64,000 bases of DNA from Octopus vulgaris (GCA_951406725.2 OX597821.1:57474001-57538000); one strand, 5' to 3'; positions 12,626 to 25,856 are shown, counted from the first letter of the stretch. A program made the numbers and translations. Notes: a model not told the origin generated them from the letters alone.

Positions 12626-12972
12626 AGGCACAGGAGTGGCTGTGTGGTAAGTTGCTTGCTTCCCAACCACATGGTTCCGGATTCAGTCCCACTGCGTGGT
12701 ACCTTGGGCAAGTGTCTTCTTCTATAACCTCGGGCCAACCAAAGCCTTGTGAGTGGATTTGGTAGACGGAAACTGAAAGAAGCCCGTCGTATATATATTT
12801 TTGTGTGACAACTGATGCTGGTTTGTTTAAATCTCCGTAACTTAGCGGTTCAGCAAAAGAGACTGAGAATAAGTACTAGGCTTACAAGGAATAAGTCCTG
12901 GATTCGATTTGCTCGACTAAAGGCAGTGCCCCAGCATGGCCGCAGTCAAATGACTGAAACAAGTAATAGAGT
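12626..12972 (+). mobile_element. SINE family B inserted in the PLE
   Basis: GGCACAGGAGTGGCTGTGTGGTAAG...ACCTTGGGCAAGTG...CATGGCCGCAGTCAAATGACTGAAACAAG. Confidence 0.9.
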
Positions 12973-14065
12973 AAAAAAAAAGTAGTTAATAAAGTAACCA
13001 CTACAGAATCCAAGAATAACCAAATTAAGAGTAGAGTAAAATATAATGTAAATCTATAAATCTGAAATCAATACCAATAATGTGGATATCCTAAATCAGT
13101 ATAACGATAAGGATAATAGTAATAATAATGGTCATAATAAGTCTAATAATTATAATATTCTGTATAAAAATAAGCTTAAGTTTAAGGTTAAAAGTATACC
13201 CCATATGTAAATTTTGATAAATCAAATAATGATAATTTTGATAATGGCAATAGTATTTGGTTTATTATTCCTTTTGCAAACCAAATGAAAACTAATTTGG
13301 ATAAGCTTTTTTACAGATCTATATTTAAACATTTTAATAACGAAAATAGATATAATAAAATAATATTAAAACTGTTAGAATTGGTTTTTCAGTATCTAAA
13401 GACATATTTAGAATTACCTTTTCGATTAATAACAAAAAACTAGACATTTTTAATAGTAAGAGAAATAATTCAATTATTAATGCACCTAATGATAATTATA
13501 TAGCTAGAACTTGTAATTGTGGATTTAAAGATGTTACTTCAATAATTTATGTATGCAAAATAGCCTTGTATATAGATGTAGATTTGAATCTGAAGTGAAT
13601 ACTTATTTTTACATTAGGTCAACTGAAAATTTTATTAAAAGACATATTGTAAACCATGAATACACTTTTAGGAACAGGGATATGTTGAATAACACCAGTT
13701 TAAGTAGGTTTATATGGAAGTTAAAGGATAATAAATTGTATAAGCTTAACTGGCAAATACTTCGTCATGTTAGATCTTATAAAATTGATGATAGCATGCA
13801 ATTTTGTGTGGGAGAAATAGGCCAAATTTTAACATCGGTAAAGACATTTTTTGACAGACAGGAACGCATTTTATTTTGTAAACACTCTTCAAAATACATG
13901 TTTAGAAAATATAATCAAATTGACTATTTGAAGGATTATATTGATTAAATATTTCATATGTTATATATTTTATATTATATATTGTTTAGATTGTGTACGT
14001 GTGTATATGAATATATATAGGTTTGAATTTATAATTTATATATCTACATGTATATGTATGTGTGC

Positions 14066-14190
<125 letters not shown>

Positions 14191-14247
14191 GTGTATATGT
14201 ACATATATCTATATATATATCTATATGTATTATTATTTAGTAAATTG

Positions 14248-14462
14248 AGGCGGCGAGATGGCAGGGTTGTTAGAACGCTGGGTGAAATGCTTAGAGGTAT
14301 TTTGTCTGTAGCTACATTCTGAGTTCAAATTCCTCAGAGGTCGACTTTGCCGTTCACCCTTTCGGGTTCGATAAATTAAGTACCAGTGAAGTACTGGGGT
14401 TGATGTGATCGACGTATCCATCCCCAAGAATTTCAGGCCTTGTGCCTGCAGAAGAAAGGATT
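14248..14462 (+). mobile_element. SINE family A
   Basis: Family A head and body, preceded by TATTATTATT. Confidence 0.85.
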
Positions 14463-14622
14463 GATTGGAATAGAATATTGTGAGTAGGTTAACTTATATC
14501 AATATCTATTTAAATTGTATATTACAATATGATAATTATATAACTACATATATATTTACTTTTTATTTTTATAAACTTATTTTTACATATATATTTATGT
14601 GAATACATTTGGGGAAGTATGT

Positions 14623-14670
<48 letters not shown>

Positions 14671-14909
14671 GAATAACTAATTATCTGTTAATTATTCATT
14701 GTTATGTTTATTTTTTATATATTTAGATAAATGTATACTCACATATGACGAATCTAATGTGTATATATGTGTGTGTAGGTGCGTATATGCAGATATGTGG
14801 CTGGGTATGTATATATAGATATATATGTGTTATTTCTATTTTTACATATTAAGGTAAATATATACTCACATATATATAATGTATCTAATGTGTATGTATG
14901 TGTGTCAGC

Positions 14910-14969
<60 letters not shown>

Positions 14970-15015
14970 GAATATGGATGTCTATATGAATATATGTGCA
15001 TATACATGTATATTT

Positions 15016-15767
15016 CCTAAATAAACGAATCTAGGCACAGTCTCCAACCTTTGACCATTCACAGTTATAAAAGGTTTCACATACATCTTGAAGGGATCGG
15101 GCTGGTACATTATAACAGTTTTTTTTAGATTGATTGTTAGACCCAATGCTGTATATGCCGCATAAATCGCATTCGCCATGTGCTGCATATCTTTCTGGGA
15201 ATGTGCCAACAGGTCACAATCGTCTGCATACAGAAACTCAACAAGGTGAGAATGCAGAACTTTCATTTTGGCACAGAGTCTTTTGAGGTTGAACAGTTTT
15301 CCTGTTGCCCTATATCTTATATAGACCCCTTCAGGGCAATCTTTAAAAGCTGTTTGAATGACTACTGCGAAATATATAGCAAACAGTGTAGGAGCAAGAA
15401 TATCACCTTTCTATACACCATTTTGTATAGAAATTGGATCTGATAAGGTACCTCTAACGTTAACTCTCACATCCATCTTGTCACGAAATTGTCTAAGCAT
15501 TCTCACAAATTTTTCTGGGCATCCCAGCCTTTTTAGGATCTTCCAAAGTACAATTCTATTGATAGAACCAAACGCTTTTGTTAGGTCAATGAAAACCTGG
15601 TATAAATTCATATCCTGTTCAATGCACTTCTCTTGCAACTGCCTAGCCGAAAGTATCATATCCATAGTACTCCTACTATCCCTAAACCCACATTGCGATT
15701 CTGGTAGAACCTCATCAGCAATGTACAGAAGCAAGACCTTTCCAGCAACAGCTAACAGACAGATGCT
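15016..15767 (-). pseudogene. RTE-clade LINE reverse transcriptase segment (inverted)
   Basis: LPESQCGFR..RSTMDMI..ARQLQEKCIEQ...FIDLTKAF, EFLYADDCDL and FVYLG. Confidence 0.92.
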
Positions 15768-16835
15768 ATTGGGTGGCGCAAAGTGCTGGACTGAGCATAG
15801 GCTTTTGCGTACCAAGGTGAATTTTGTTGTCAAGCATTGATGTGAATAAACTTAAGATTCCGTCAGTACGCAGTGAGTTTGTGAGTGAGATAAATAATTT
15901 GTCCTGTGGTGGAAGCTGGAAGTCATTCAAAGGAAGAGTGTACGAGATTTGTAGCAACATTATTGGTTTTGTTGTAAAAAAAACACCAAGATTGGTATGA
16001 CGATAATGATGAAAAAGTTAATCTTATCTTAGAAGAGAAGCGAAAGGCATTTAACATGTTGCAGAATGTTGACATGTCAACGAACAGGACAGTGGCTACA
16101 CACTTCAAGGCAGTAAAAGCAACAGTGCTGAGGAAGCTATGGATAATGCAGGAAAATTAGTGGAGTGATAGATGCGATGAAATCGAAGGAGTTTCAAATG
16201 CTAACAATTCCAAACTTTTTTACTCTCTTGAAAAAAGTTTATGGACCAGTTTCATCAAAGGTTGCGCCAGTTCGGAGCAAGGATGGCATAGAATTATTAA
16301 CAAATCCTAAAGATATTATTAGGAAAGAATATTTTGATGAATCGCTCAATAGACCCGCTGAAGTTGATCTCTCTTTTCTTGATAATATACCCGAGTGACC
16401 AATAAAACATCTTATAACAGACGTTCCAAACCTGGCTAAAATAAAAACAAACAATCAGGAAATTGAACAATCGTAAGGCCTCTGGTATGGATGGACTAGG
16501 TGCAGAGATATATAAATATGGTGGTAATCATCTTTGTGCAATGTTGACGGATGTGATTCAGAGGGTTTGGCAAAGCGAAGAGGTTCCTCCGGATTGGCGT
16601 GATGCAACTGTGGAGATACTATACAAATCTGCAGGTAGAAAGGATGTCTGTGATAATTATCGCAGCATCTGTCGGTTAGCTGTTACTGGAGGTCTATAAA
16701 GACATGTTAAGAGAGTGCATATGGTGGCACCTGTTTCTCCTGCCAGCCAGCACAGTTGTCTAGTATGTAATAAATGTGTAAAAGCTTGGCCGGACTTAAA
16801 TGTCATATAAGATCATCACATGGCAACAATCATGA
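15768..16835 (+). pseudogene. RTE-clade LINE: endonuclease end and linker, joined to a C-terminal zinc finger
   Basis: CWTEHRLLR, KKVYGP, KASGMDGLGAEIYK.GG, VPPDWRDA and CDNYRSI, followed by CLVCNK..KSLAGLKCHIRSSH (frameshifted). Confidence 0.85.
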
Positions 16836-16884
16836 ATCATTTCAGTAAGTCTTCTTGACAATGGCTTTTCTCGTGTAGCTGTCA

Positions 16885-16942
<58 letters not shown>

Positions 16943-17458
16943 TCTATATGTATATATATGTATATGTGCATATATATTATATATGTATGTGTGTATCTCT
17001 CTCTATATATATTTGAATTCATATTCATGTTACTTAATGGATCATTAATTAAGAAACATGAATTACTCAATAAATTGATCCGAAATCAAATAAATTCATA
17101 GATACATAATGTTGTGGCAAAACTTTGAAGTTATAGATAATGACATAAACACAATTTTCCTTGTAATGTTACCCATCTTTATAACATGATCCATACGTTT
17201 TATGTTATTGAATTTTGAAGAAAACTTTTATTGGAACTGACTGATTCGTAAGTTTGAATTAGTATATTAATAAGGATATTTATAATATTTCAATGTATTA
17301 CTAAATAAATTTAGTATTATATTATATATTATATATAACTGTCTAGTATTAGATTAATATATACAAATACTATAATATATATCTTAACTATAAAAATATA
17401 TTACTACATTACTGTGTGTGTGTGTGTGAATGCGTGCGTGTGTGTATGCGTTTGTATG

Positions 17459-17489
<31 letters not shown>

Positions 17490-17739
17490 ATATGTATGTG
17501 TACATGAGTGCAAGTTTAAGTATATGCGAGTGTGTCTATTCCCCACCACCACTTGACAACCGATGTTAGTGTGTTTACGTTACCATAACTTACCAGGCTT
17601 TCAAACTTGTACTGGATCGATGATTTGTTCGGTTAAAATTCTTCAAGGCGGTGCCCCAGCATGGCCGCAGTCTAAAGACTCAAGTATAAGATGAAAGACA
17701 ATACGTACCTTTAACTAGATTTGAACCTCCCCTAAGTTC

Positions 17740-18110
17740 TACATTGAATATTAATGCAGATGACAATGTTCGAAGAAGGAGGAACCATTTTCATTAATAC
17801 AATTAAACTTTTTTGGGATTTGAACTTTCACAGACAAAAAATTCAACATACTTCTACCTCCTCCACAAAAACGAAGCAAAGTGTGTCTTGTACAAGATGG
17901 AAAATAGCAGAAAGGAGATGAGAGAAGGAATGACGTCGTGAAAGGGAAGATCCATTTATTTAACGCGACATCTCATTCTCAATTCGGAATTAAAAGTATG
18001 AAGATATTCGTTACCGTTTTGGTGAAATCGCCTTTGGCAGTTTGGTCAGAAATGAAATCGGTTGACGTCTTTCAAGAATTCTACTGTACAACATATGTTT
18101 GTAGTGTGTT

Positions 18111-18198
<88 letters not shown>

Positions 18199-18564
18199 AA
18201 CACACTACAAACATATGTTGTACAGTAGAATTCTTGAAAGACGTCAACCGATTTCATTTCTGACCAAACTGCCAAAGGCGATTTCACCAAAACGGTAACG
18301 AATATCTTCATACTTTTAATTCCGAATTGAGAATGAGATGTCGCGTTAAATAAATGGATCTTCCCTTTCACGACGTCATTCCTTCTCTCATCTCCTTTCT
18401 GCTATTTTCCATCTTGTACAAGACACACTTTGGTTCGTTTTTGTGGAGGAGGTAGAAGTATGTTGAATTTTTTGTCTGTGAAAGTTCAAATCCCAAAAAA
18501 GTTTAATTGTATTAATAAAAATGGTTCCTCCTTCTTCGAACATTGTCATCTGCATTAATATTCA

Positions 18565-18569
<5 letters not shown>
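17740..18569. repeat. 830-bp palindrome centred on (TA)40
   Basis: Arms 17740-18114 and 18195-18569, with only two mismatches seen (17792/18517 and 17876/18433). The ORF track shows mirrored identical ORFs. Confidence 0.98.
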
Positions 18570-18638
<69 letters not shown>

Positions 18639-19042
18639 CTATACATGCATAAATATTTGTTTGTATATGTGTATGTATGCATGTATGAATGTTTGGACGT
18701 ATGTATGTATGAATATTTGCATGAGTGCTTGTGCATGTGCATCTATATATCTATATGTACATATGTATGCGTGTATGCATGTAAACACGAATGTTTGTAC
18801 GTAGGAAGGTCTGTATATACATATGCTGGAATATTTGTATGTGTGTAACAATGTTTTCACGAGTGCTTCTGTTTATGCATGTATGTATGTTTATGTATGC
18901 ATGTATGTATTCATTAATGTATGTGTGTATTTTCATTTTCCGTTTTATTTAACCTTCCGCAGTTTCTATAAGCTGTCTTCTCAGTTTTTTCACGTTTCTT
19001 CTCTTATTCAATATTTTTTTAGTTCGTTATGATAAGTGGTTT

Positions 19043-19097
19043 ATGTCTGATGAATATGTTTGAGATATTTCTGAAGATATGAGACTATTAGTAGCAC
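19043..19097 (+). ncRNA. Degenerate type I hammerhead motif
   Basis: CTGATGA at 19047-19053; stem II ATAT..AGA/TCT..ATAT; GAGA in place of GAAA; stem III ACTA/TAGT; GTA triplet; stem I TGT/GCA. Confidence 0.45.
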
Positions 19098-19177
19098 TTA
19101 AAGACATGTATTGTGTCCTTTAAATGGATATTTATCTCTGACCAGACGGAGTACTTTTTGTTGTTGAATTTTCTATC

Positions 19178-19244
<67 letters not shown>

Positions 19245-19957
19245 TATGTGTAAGGTCGTATATTAAATTAGTCAAGTCATGAAAACATTAGAATGCTCCA
19301 TGGTATTCGTTCTCAATCTCGGCTCTTTGAGTTCAAACCTCACCGAAACCAAGCTTACCTTTCATTCTTTCGAGATCGATGGGAAAAAAGTACGAAACCA
19401 GGGCAGTGGACAGGCAGAATTTTCTGTGTGTGTGTGTGTGGTATGTGGTGTGTGTATGTGTGTGTGTGCGTGTGCGCAAGCGCGTATTTTGTCCTCCCAT
19501 ACCGCTTGACAACCGGTGTTGGGTTATATACGTCCCTGGAACTTAGCCGTTCGACCGTAAGAAAAGAGAACGATTGAATAAGTACCATATCGTAGAAAAA
19601 AAAAAGACTCTGGGATCGAGTTGTTCGACTTAGCTTTCCTTGTAATTTGTATGAACCAGAAGCTGTTAACTTTTTGATGTAAACGGGTGAAACGTGATGC
19701 AGCTACTTAGATAAATATGAAAATCACTCACTCTCTCTCTCTCTCTCTCTCTCTCATCGCGCGCGCACACACATACGTATATATGTACACGTGTGTATTA
19801 AGCTCTTCGACATAGAGTTAGTTTCTACAATCTGTAAATCACAGCTTTGGTTAATTCGAAGTTACAATAGAAGTCACAATCTGAAGGTCCCACACAGTGG
19901 ATCGAACTCAATTTCACGCGTTTGGGAAGAAAACCTTTTAACAGTACGGCTATGGTG

Positions 19958-20330
19958 CTCTTTTACTTGTTTCAGTCATTTGACTGGTCATGCTGGAGCA
20001 TCACCTTTAGTCGAGCAAATGGACCCCAGGATTTATTCTTTGTAAGCCTAGTACTTATTCTATCGATTGTTTTTGCCGAACCGCTAAGTTACGGGGACGT
20101 AAACACACTAGCGTCGGATGTCGAGCGATGTTGGAGGGATAAATACAGACACACACACATACACACACACATATATATCCGACGGGCTTCTTCCAGTTTC
20201 CGTCTACCAAATCCACTCACAAGTGTTTGGTCGTCCCGAGGCTATAGTAGAAGACACTTGCCCAAGGTGCCACGCAATGGGACTGAACCCGGAACTATGT
20301 GGTTGGTAAGCAAGCTACTTACCACACATC
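19958..20330 (-). mobile_element. SINE family B, nearly complete
   Basis: Matches 43394-43805 in reverse. Confidence 0.92.
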
Positions 20331-20834
20331 CACGAAATAATAAGTGGTGCTGAAAGATATTATCTTCAAATAATCATTTCTCTAAATAAGTAATGGCTAA
20401 AAACATTAAATCTTGAAGCTGTTAATTAGAAATGTCTATAATCAACAAAGTGTGTTGATTCAACATCAGCTAATTGTAGAGATGACAAGTCAAGATGACA
20501 AGTAGTAAACACATTTAAACTAGAAATTCTACGCTTAGATGGTCTTGAGAAATTCAAAATAGACAAATATCTTGCTCGCGGAGAAATAAAATTGAAATTA
20601 TGTAGGAAGAAGAGAAATTTATGAAAGCAGATGGAAGCGTGGTATTCATTCCTCGTTCTAAGTTTGTTACACTTTACTCTCAATTCAGGCCTCATTCAGC
20701 AGACCAGTTGTGGAAGATTTTCAAACTGTGATTACGCTTTTCGAGAAAAAAATAGAGTATAGCTTTTCGAGAAAAAATTAGGTTATGTTGTCCCATAATC
20801 TGATTTTTCTTTCGTAAGGGGTTTGCTAGCTATG

Positions 20835-23200
20835 GAAAATCCTTACATACTGTCAACCCCCATGACACTGCATATCAGCCCAAAATTCGTTTTTAGCGCC
20901 ATAAACTCATAATATTTTTAATTCTCCATCTCTCCGAATTTTACTCTATTTTTCGTTTCTTTCGCCAATGCTTTCTGATAACAATTTATTGGATCCCCTA
21001 ATTACGTCAAACGTGGTGTTTGCAAGGCTGTGGAAAATATTAGATTTAAATTACTCAAATTGGTTAACCATTTTGACAGCAGACTGGCGGCTTACGGCAG
21101 TGGTTGTATGAGAGATAAAGGGACAAGTAAGGAGAACGAGGTTGGTAACATATATAACATGTGAAAGTGTCAGTTTGGGTGTGGTTGAAGGTTAGAAAAT
21201 GATTTCAAAGTAGATCGCAGGTTTTGTATATTTTTATCTCTATTCAATGAAAGAAGTGGAAGCTTAAGAAATAGAAGTTGTGAAGGTGTTTTCAACAGAT
21301 TAAAAATCTGAGTAGAAGGTAAGGTGACAGACAATACAAGGTGTAGGAGGGCTGACATGTGTCGTGAACGACATGTGTCGTGCTCATGCATCGAGTTCGA
21401 TGGAGGGCAAAATAAAAATCATGTTGCAGTAAAAGCGCGTAAGGAATACCGGAGCATTTGTTTCGATTTCGAAACAAAACCAGGGTCTTTATTGTAGAAG
21501 ACAGACGGGAGAATTGTATCATGGGCGGGCAGATTTGGTGCAGGTGGTGTGAGAAAAGGAAAAGTTGAGACAAAAGTGAGAGCCAGTGGATTTTTAGTAG
21601 ACCGTTGTGGAGAGATAGATGTCGATAACAGCAGAGATGTATTGGTACTTGACGGAAATATAAAATGTGTTGGAAGGAAATTCTAGTGTGGTAAGGAAGT
21701 TGTTGACAAGGGATACAAAAAGTGTCAGTTGCTTTCTAGTGAGTTAGTACCATAATCAATACACTGTATAACTCAAGGATCGGTCAACAAACAATGAAAA
21801 TATGGGCTCTAACGTGGTCAATGAAGTCGGCGTAATTAGGGGCTATCCTGGTGTTCATGGATACTCCAATAAAATGTTAGAAGAAAGCATTGACGAAGGA
21901 AACGAAAATTAGAGTAAAATTCTGAGAGGTGAAGTTCAGAAATTATGAGTTTGTGTCGTTAAAAACGAATTTGGGGCTGATACACTGTGTCATGAGGGTT
22001 GACAGCATGTAAGGATTTTTCGACCTAGTGAAGAGAAATTTACAAGTGCAGGAGGAAAGGAAAAGGAACTGCTGTTGTACAGAACATTGTGTCCATTATG
22101 TGCGATGGTGGACAACGTCTAAGACGGACATAAGTTTTTTCGAGATAGCTGCGCATAATGAAGTGGTAGAATTGCAAGTGGAGATGATAGGACGGTTTGT
22201 GGTTTTTAGAAAGTTGACCGTACAGGTGCGGGTTGACCTTAGGGGAAATTTAGATGTTGTTGTGACCCCCTTCAGTCATGAATGACCACGGGATTGCACC
22301 TAGAAAGTTAACCTTCGATGCACAAGTCTGGGTGACAGCCTCCCCTTTCCACGCCACCGATGTTATCTTAGGGAAAGGCAAAGGCCGATACAGCTTGGCA
22401 CCAGTGACGTCGCAGTTCATTAAGTACAAGTGGCTGAGCACTCCACAGACACATGTACCCTTAACGTAGTTCTCGGGGAGATTCAGCGTGACACAGAATG
22501 TGACAAGACTGGCCCTTTGAAATACAGGTACAACAGAAATAGGAAGAAAGAGTGAGAGAAAGTTGTGGTGAAAGAGTACAGCAGGGTTCACCACCACTCC
22601 TGCCGGAGCCTCGTGGAGCTTTAGATGTTTTCGCTCAATAAACACTCACAATGCCCGGTCTGGGAACCGAAACCGCGTCCTACGACCACAAGTCCGTTGC
22701 CCTAACCACTGGACCATTGCGCCTCCACTAGGGGGAAGTTAGATGCGGTGACAGAAAGTAGACTGATGGAGGTAAGCTTGTGCATGGTATAGAGGCTAAC
22801 TTTTGGTTTCCAGTGGTGATATCCTTGGGAAGAATCTTGCAGAAACAGGGGTCGCTAAATTGAGTTCTGAAAGTGACAGTGGTGCCTTATCTCTCTCCGC
22901 CACTTGTCGCATTCCACCGTTCGTGGCACCAGTTGGACATTGTCATCAATCAACTGACATGGGTGGATCAATCCTTGATTGGTGCTCGTATCTCCATAAG
23001 GAGAGAAAACCTCCATCAGCTTATTTGCCTGTGTCGGTTTAGGTTTTCTTTATCCATGGCCTATTTTGACTCATACCTCATCCGACCTGGCATTCACCAC
23101 GCCACTCCTATTTCAACTGACCTTGCTCTTCCTACAAATCTTGGCCACTTAATCTCATACACCTTCTACCCCCCACACTAGCCAAACGCACTAATTCCAG
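20835..23200 (-). mobile_element. Decayed Penelope-like element (Neptune/Poseidon type) with inverted segments at both ends
   Basis: The minus-strand body 21020-22865 has LYGQLSKNHKP/RPIISTC, GVSMNTRIAPNYAD, IDY (degenerate YIDD), TTVY*KSTGSH and TCPFI. Plus-strand pieces lie at 20835-21010 (inverted copy of 21826-22022) and 22880-23200 (LDIVI..TDMGGS, the DKG region). Confidence 0.75.
22257..22728 (-). mobile_element. SINE family C with 17-bp target-site duplication
   Basis: Head TGGAGGCGCAATGGTCCAGTGGTTAGGG and ACAACAA tail. TSD TAGGGGAAATTTAGATG (22240-22256) / TAGGGGGAAGTTAGATG (22729-22745). Confidence 0.88.
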
Positions 23201-23524
23201 CACCCTCTTCCCCCACTTCTGCCTTTCAACATCACTCATTTACGTCTTCCTGTTCTTAGATATATTTCAACGTCCATGGCCTGCATTCTTTCTTTCTCTC
23301 TCTCTCGCTCTCTCTCTCTCTTTCGAGAACAACCCTTCGGGGTGTTGGATTTTTCAGTCCCTGCAATAAATCAACTGACTACCGACTAATTTTTTTCTAC
23401 TAAATTTTACGCTCTGATTTTTGCAACCTTCCACCAAGTTTCCTTGCCGGCAACAGTAAATGGTAAAAAATCCGCTAAGAAATTTTCTACCATTTCTACT
23501 CAACTTTCTGCTCCTTCATTATCT

Positions 23525-23910
23525 ATTTCACTTGTTTCAGTCATTAGACTGCGGCCATGCTGGGGCACCACCTTGAAGAATCTTGGAACAGAATGACTCC
23601 AGTACTTTTTCTAATCCTAGTATTTATTCCATCGAACACTTTTTGCAAAAACCTCTAAGTTTCGGGAACATAAACACACCAACACCGATTGTTAAAAATT
23701 CACACATATCGATGTGCGTGTCCACGAGCGCGCGTGCGCGTGTACGACGAACTTCTTTCAGTTTTCCTCTACTAAATTCACTGATAAGCTTTTAGTTGGC
23801 CCGAAATTGTGATAGGAGACACTTGCCCAACGTGTCATGCAGTGGGACTAAACCCAGACTTGTTTAGTTAATAAGCGAGCTTCTTACTTCTCAGACCCAC
23901 GCCTGTGCGT
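23525..23910 (-). mobile_element. SINE family B, diverged
   Basis: Head and tail motifs are both recognisable. Confidence 0.8.
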
Positions 23911-24389
23911 TGTTAAACGTATTTATTTATCAACGTGGAACAAACTTTCTACATTTCGTGTATTCAGTTATTTACCATTTCGTTATTATATTGAACGGAA
24001 AGGATATAATGTATAAAAAAAGTTTACAAAATTTATAATTTCCCAATAGATTCTCTATATATATAGAAATGTGAAGATTTCACTTAAATGATGCTATTTT
24101 CTATGAAATACATTTAGATTATTTCTCTTTTCGCATACAAAGCCTTTTACTGTAAAAGCCGCTCATCAGATATTGCGTCAGATGTTCAAGACATCTGTAA
24201 GCCTTCACACATTTCTACATATCTTGAACAGAGCCACTTACGATGATGCTTCCACTGTTCTTAGACTTATGCCACATGTGGCCAAAATTAAATATCTGTC
24301 TATCTATATTATATATCATATATACATACAAAAATATGTTTACATTATATATATATATATATATGTAATATATTATCTATATATATATA

Positions 24390-24724
24390 TACATACCTAT
24401 ATATACATACAGATATACACACATATACATACATATACACATATATATACCTATTTATATATATATACATATACATTCCTATATATACACACATACATTC
24501 CTATATATACACACATACATACCTATATACACACATACATATCTATATACACACATGCATACCTATATACACACATACATACCTATATACACACATACAT
24601 ACCTATATAATCACATACATACCTATATAATCACAAACATACCTATATAATCACCTATACATACCTATATAATTACATATACATACCTTTATGTATATAC
24701 ACATATATGTATATTATATATATA

Positions 24725-24800
<76 letters not shown>
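24390..24800. repeat. About 20-bp minisatellite (CATACATACCTATATACACA-like) followed by (TG)n
   Basis: Directly visible, with units grading from ...TATACACA to ...TATAATCA. Confidence 0.9.
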
Positions 24801-24802
<2 letters not shown>

Positions 24803-25650
24803 GTTTATGATATTTATGAAGATAAGTGTGTTATTGATGATGATTGTGGTAGCGGCGATGGTCTTGATGATGATGATGATTGCATTGAAAATATTTCGAT
24901 ATAAGGGTAAAAAAGAAAAACATTGACCAAAATCTCAATGCTTAGACAGTTTATAAATAAAGTACTTCTGTTGGTGAACTCTTAATAAAAGCATCCTCCA
25001 CAATTCCACAATTACGCAGCCACCAAAAGCACATTCACACACCTTATCATAGCTCACTTTATTCTTGAATGAACTGTCAATTCTTAAGTGCTTCTTTCAG
25101 TGTTGCTGTCAGAAACGAAAAAATCTCTTCTAATAAAAGACCTAGAAACAGCGATTGTGTTAAAGAACTGGAAATAGTAATATATTTATTGTCATATTTC
25201 CTTGTTTTTCATATTCTAACTAGTCCACTTATAATTGCATCAAATGAGATAGGATTGGTTTCCTTTTCACCGTTCGATCATTTTTAGATTTATTTCCTCC
25301 TTCATCAATCACAATCGTTGTTTGTTTACTTCAAACTTAAGGTGAACAGCTTAAAAATAAAGAAAGAAACACAAAAAATCTTGTAAATCCGACCTGGCCC
25401 GACCTTGCTGCCGGCCACATCATTCATAAGCACCTAAACGTGATCTCAGCTTCACAGTGCTTTCATCTCTGGCCACATTCAACGAAGATCATTTGCTGTC
25501 ACTATTGTAACTGCTATCGTTTTATCCAGAACGTTACAACCATACAACGTCGTGTCCCATATCCTCTACCTATTTCACAAATTGCTTCCCCCGCGTCTCA
25601 GTTTCCAAAATCACCGTCCTCTGCATCAAAATACGAACTCTGTGGCTCAA

Positions 25651-25856
25651 CCCTTTAGCATTTAAACCGGCCAAATCTGGCCCAAATATTCTACCATTTT
25701 ATATCCAACCTGACCAGATACAAACTATCACACCGACCCTAGAATGTCATTCTAAAAATAAGCAATCATATCATCGAAAGCTTGAGGCTGAGATAAGGCA
25801 TGATTAATTCAAAACAACGTATTGCATTTAGACAGAATAATATGAATGCTAAACGG
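25651..25856. mobile_element. piggyBac-type MITE
   Basis: TIRs CCCTTTAGCATT / AATGCTAAACGG, flanked by TCAA and TTAA (degenerate TTAA TSD). Confidence 0.65.

Larger units (their letters stand above)
10560..13950 (+). mobile_element. Decayed near-full-length Penelope-like element (RT plus C-terminal GIY-YIG), DKT type
   Basis: Motifs in order: LINQTTEFIHRIRRKAFF, VQSDKTGNLY, INLEAKKI, ITLKDHKENF..PKIRLI, IQKDINYYYS, GQYRDD (YRDD at 12128-12139), RPYHKPN..YIN.KSNHP, CNC, LVY..YIRSTE..NH..TSLSRFIWKLK. It has many stops and frameshifts and is interrupted by a Helitron and a SINE. Confidence 0.9.

Noticed and set aside
17938-18371. Identical 96-aa ORFs on both strands
   Set aside because: They are a consequence of the palindrome and run through (TA)40.
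20380-20730. Possible decayed CR1/L2-type RT end on the minus strand
   Set aside because: Only a vague NWS..*GL..KC resemblance.
24120-24175. Minus-strand CTGATGAGC...GCGAAA with an inner CTTTTAC/GTAAAAG hairpin
   Set aside because: Stem III, the cleavage triplet and stem I do not form convincingly. It may be a decayed HHR but cannot be supported.
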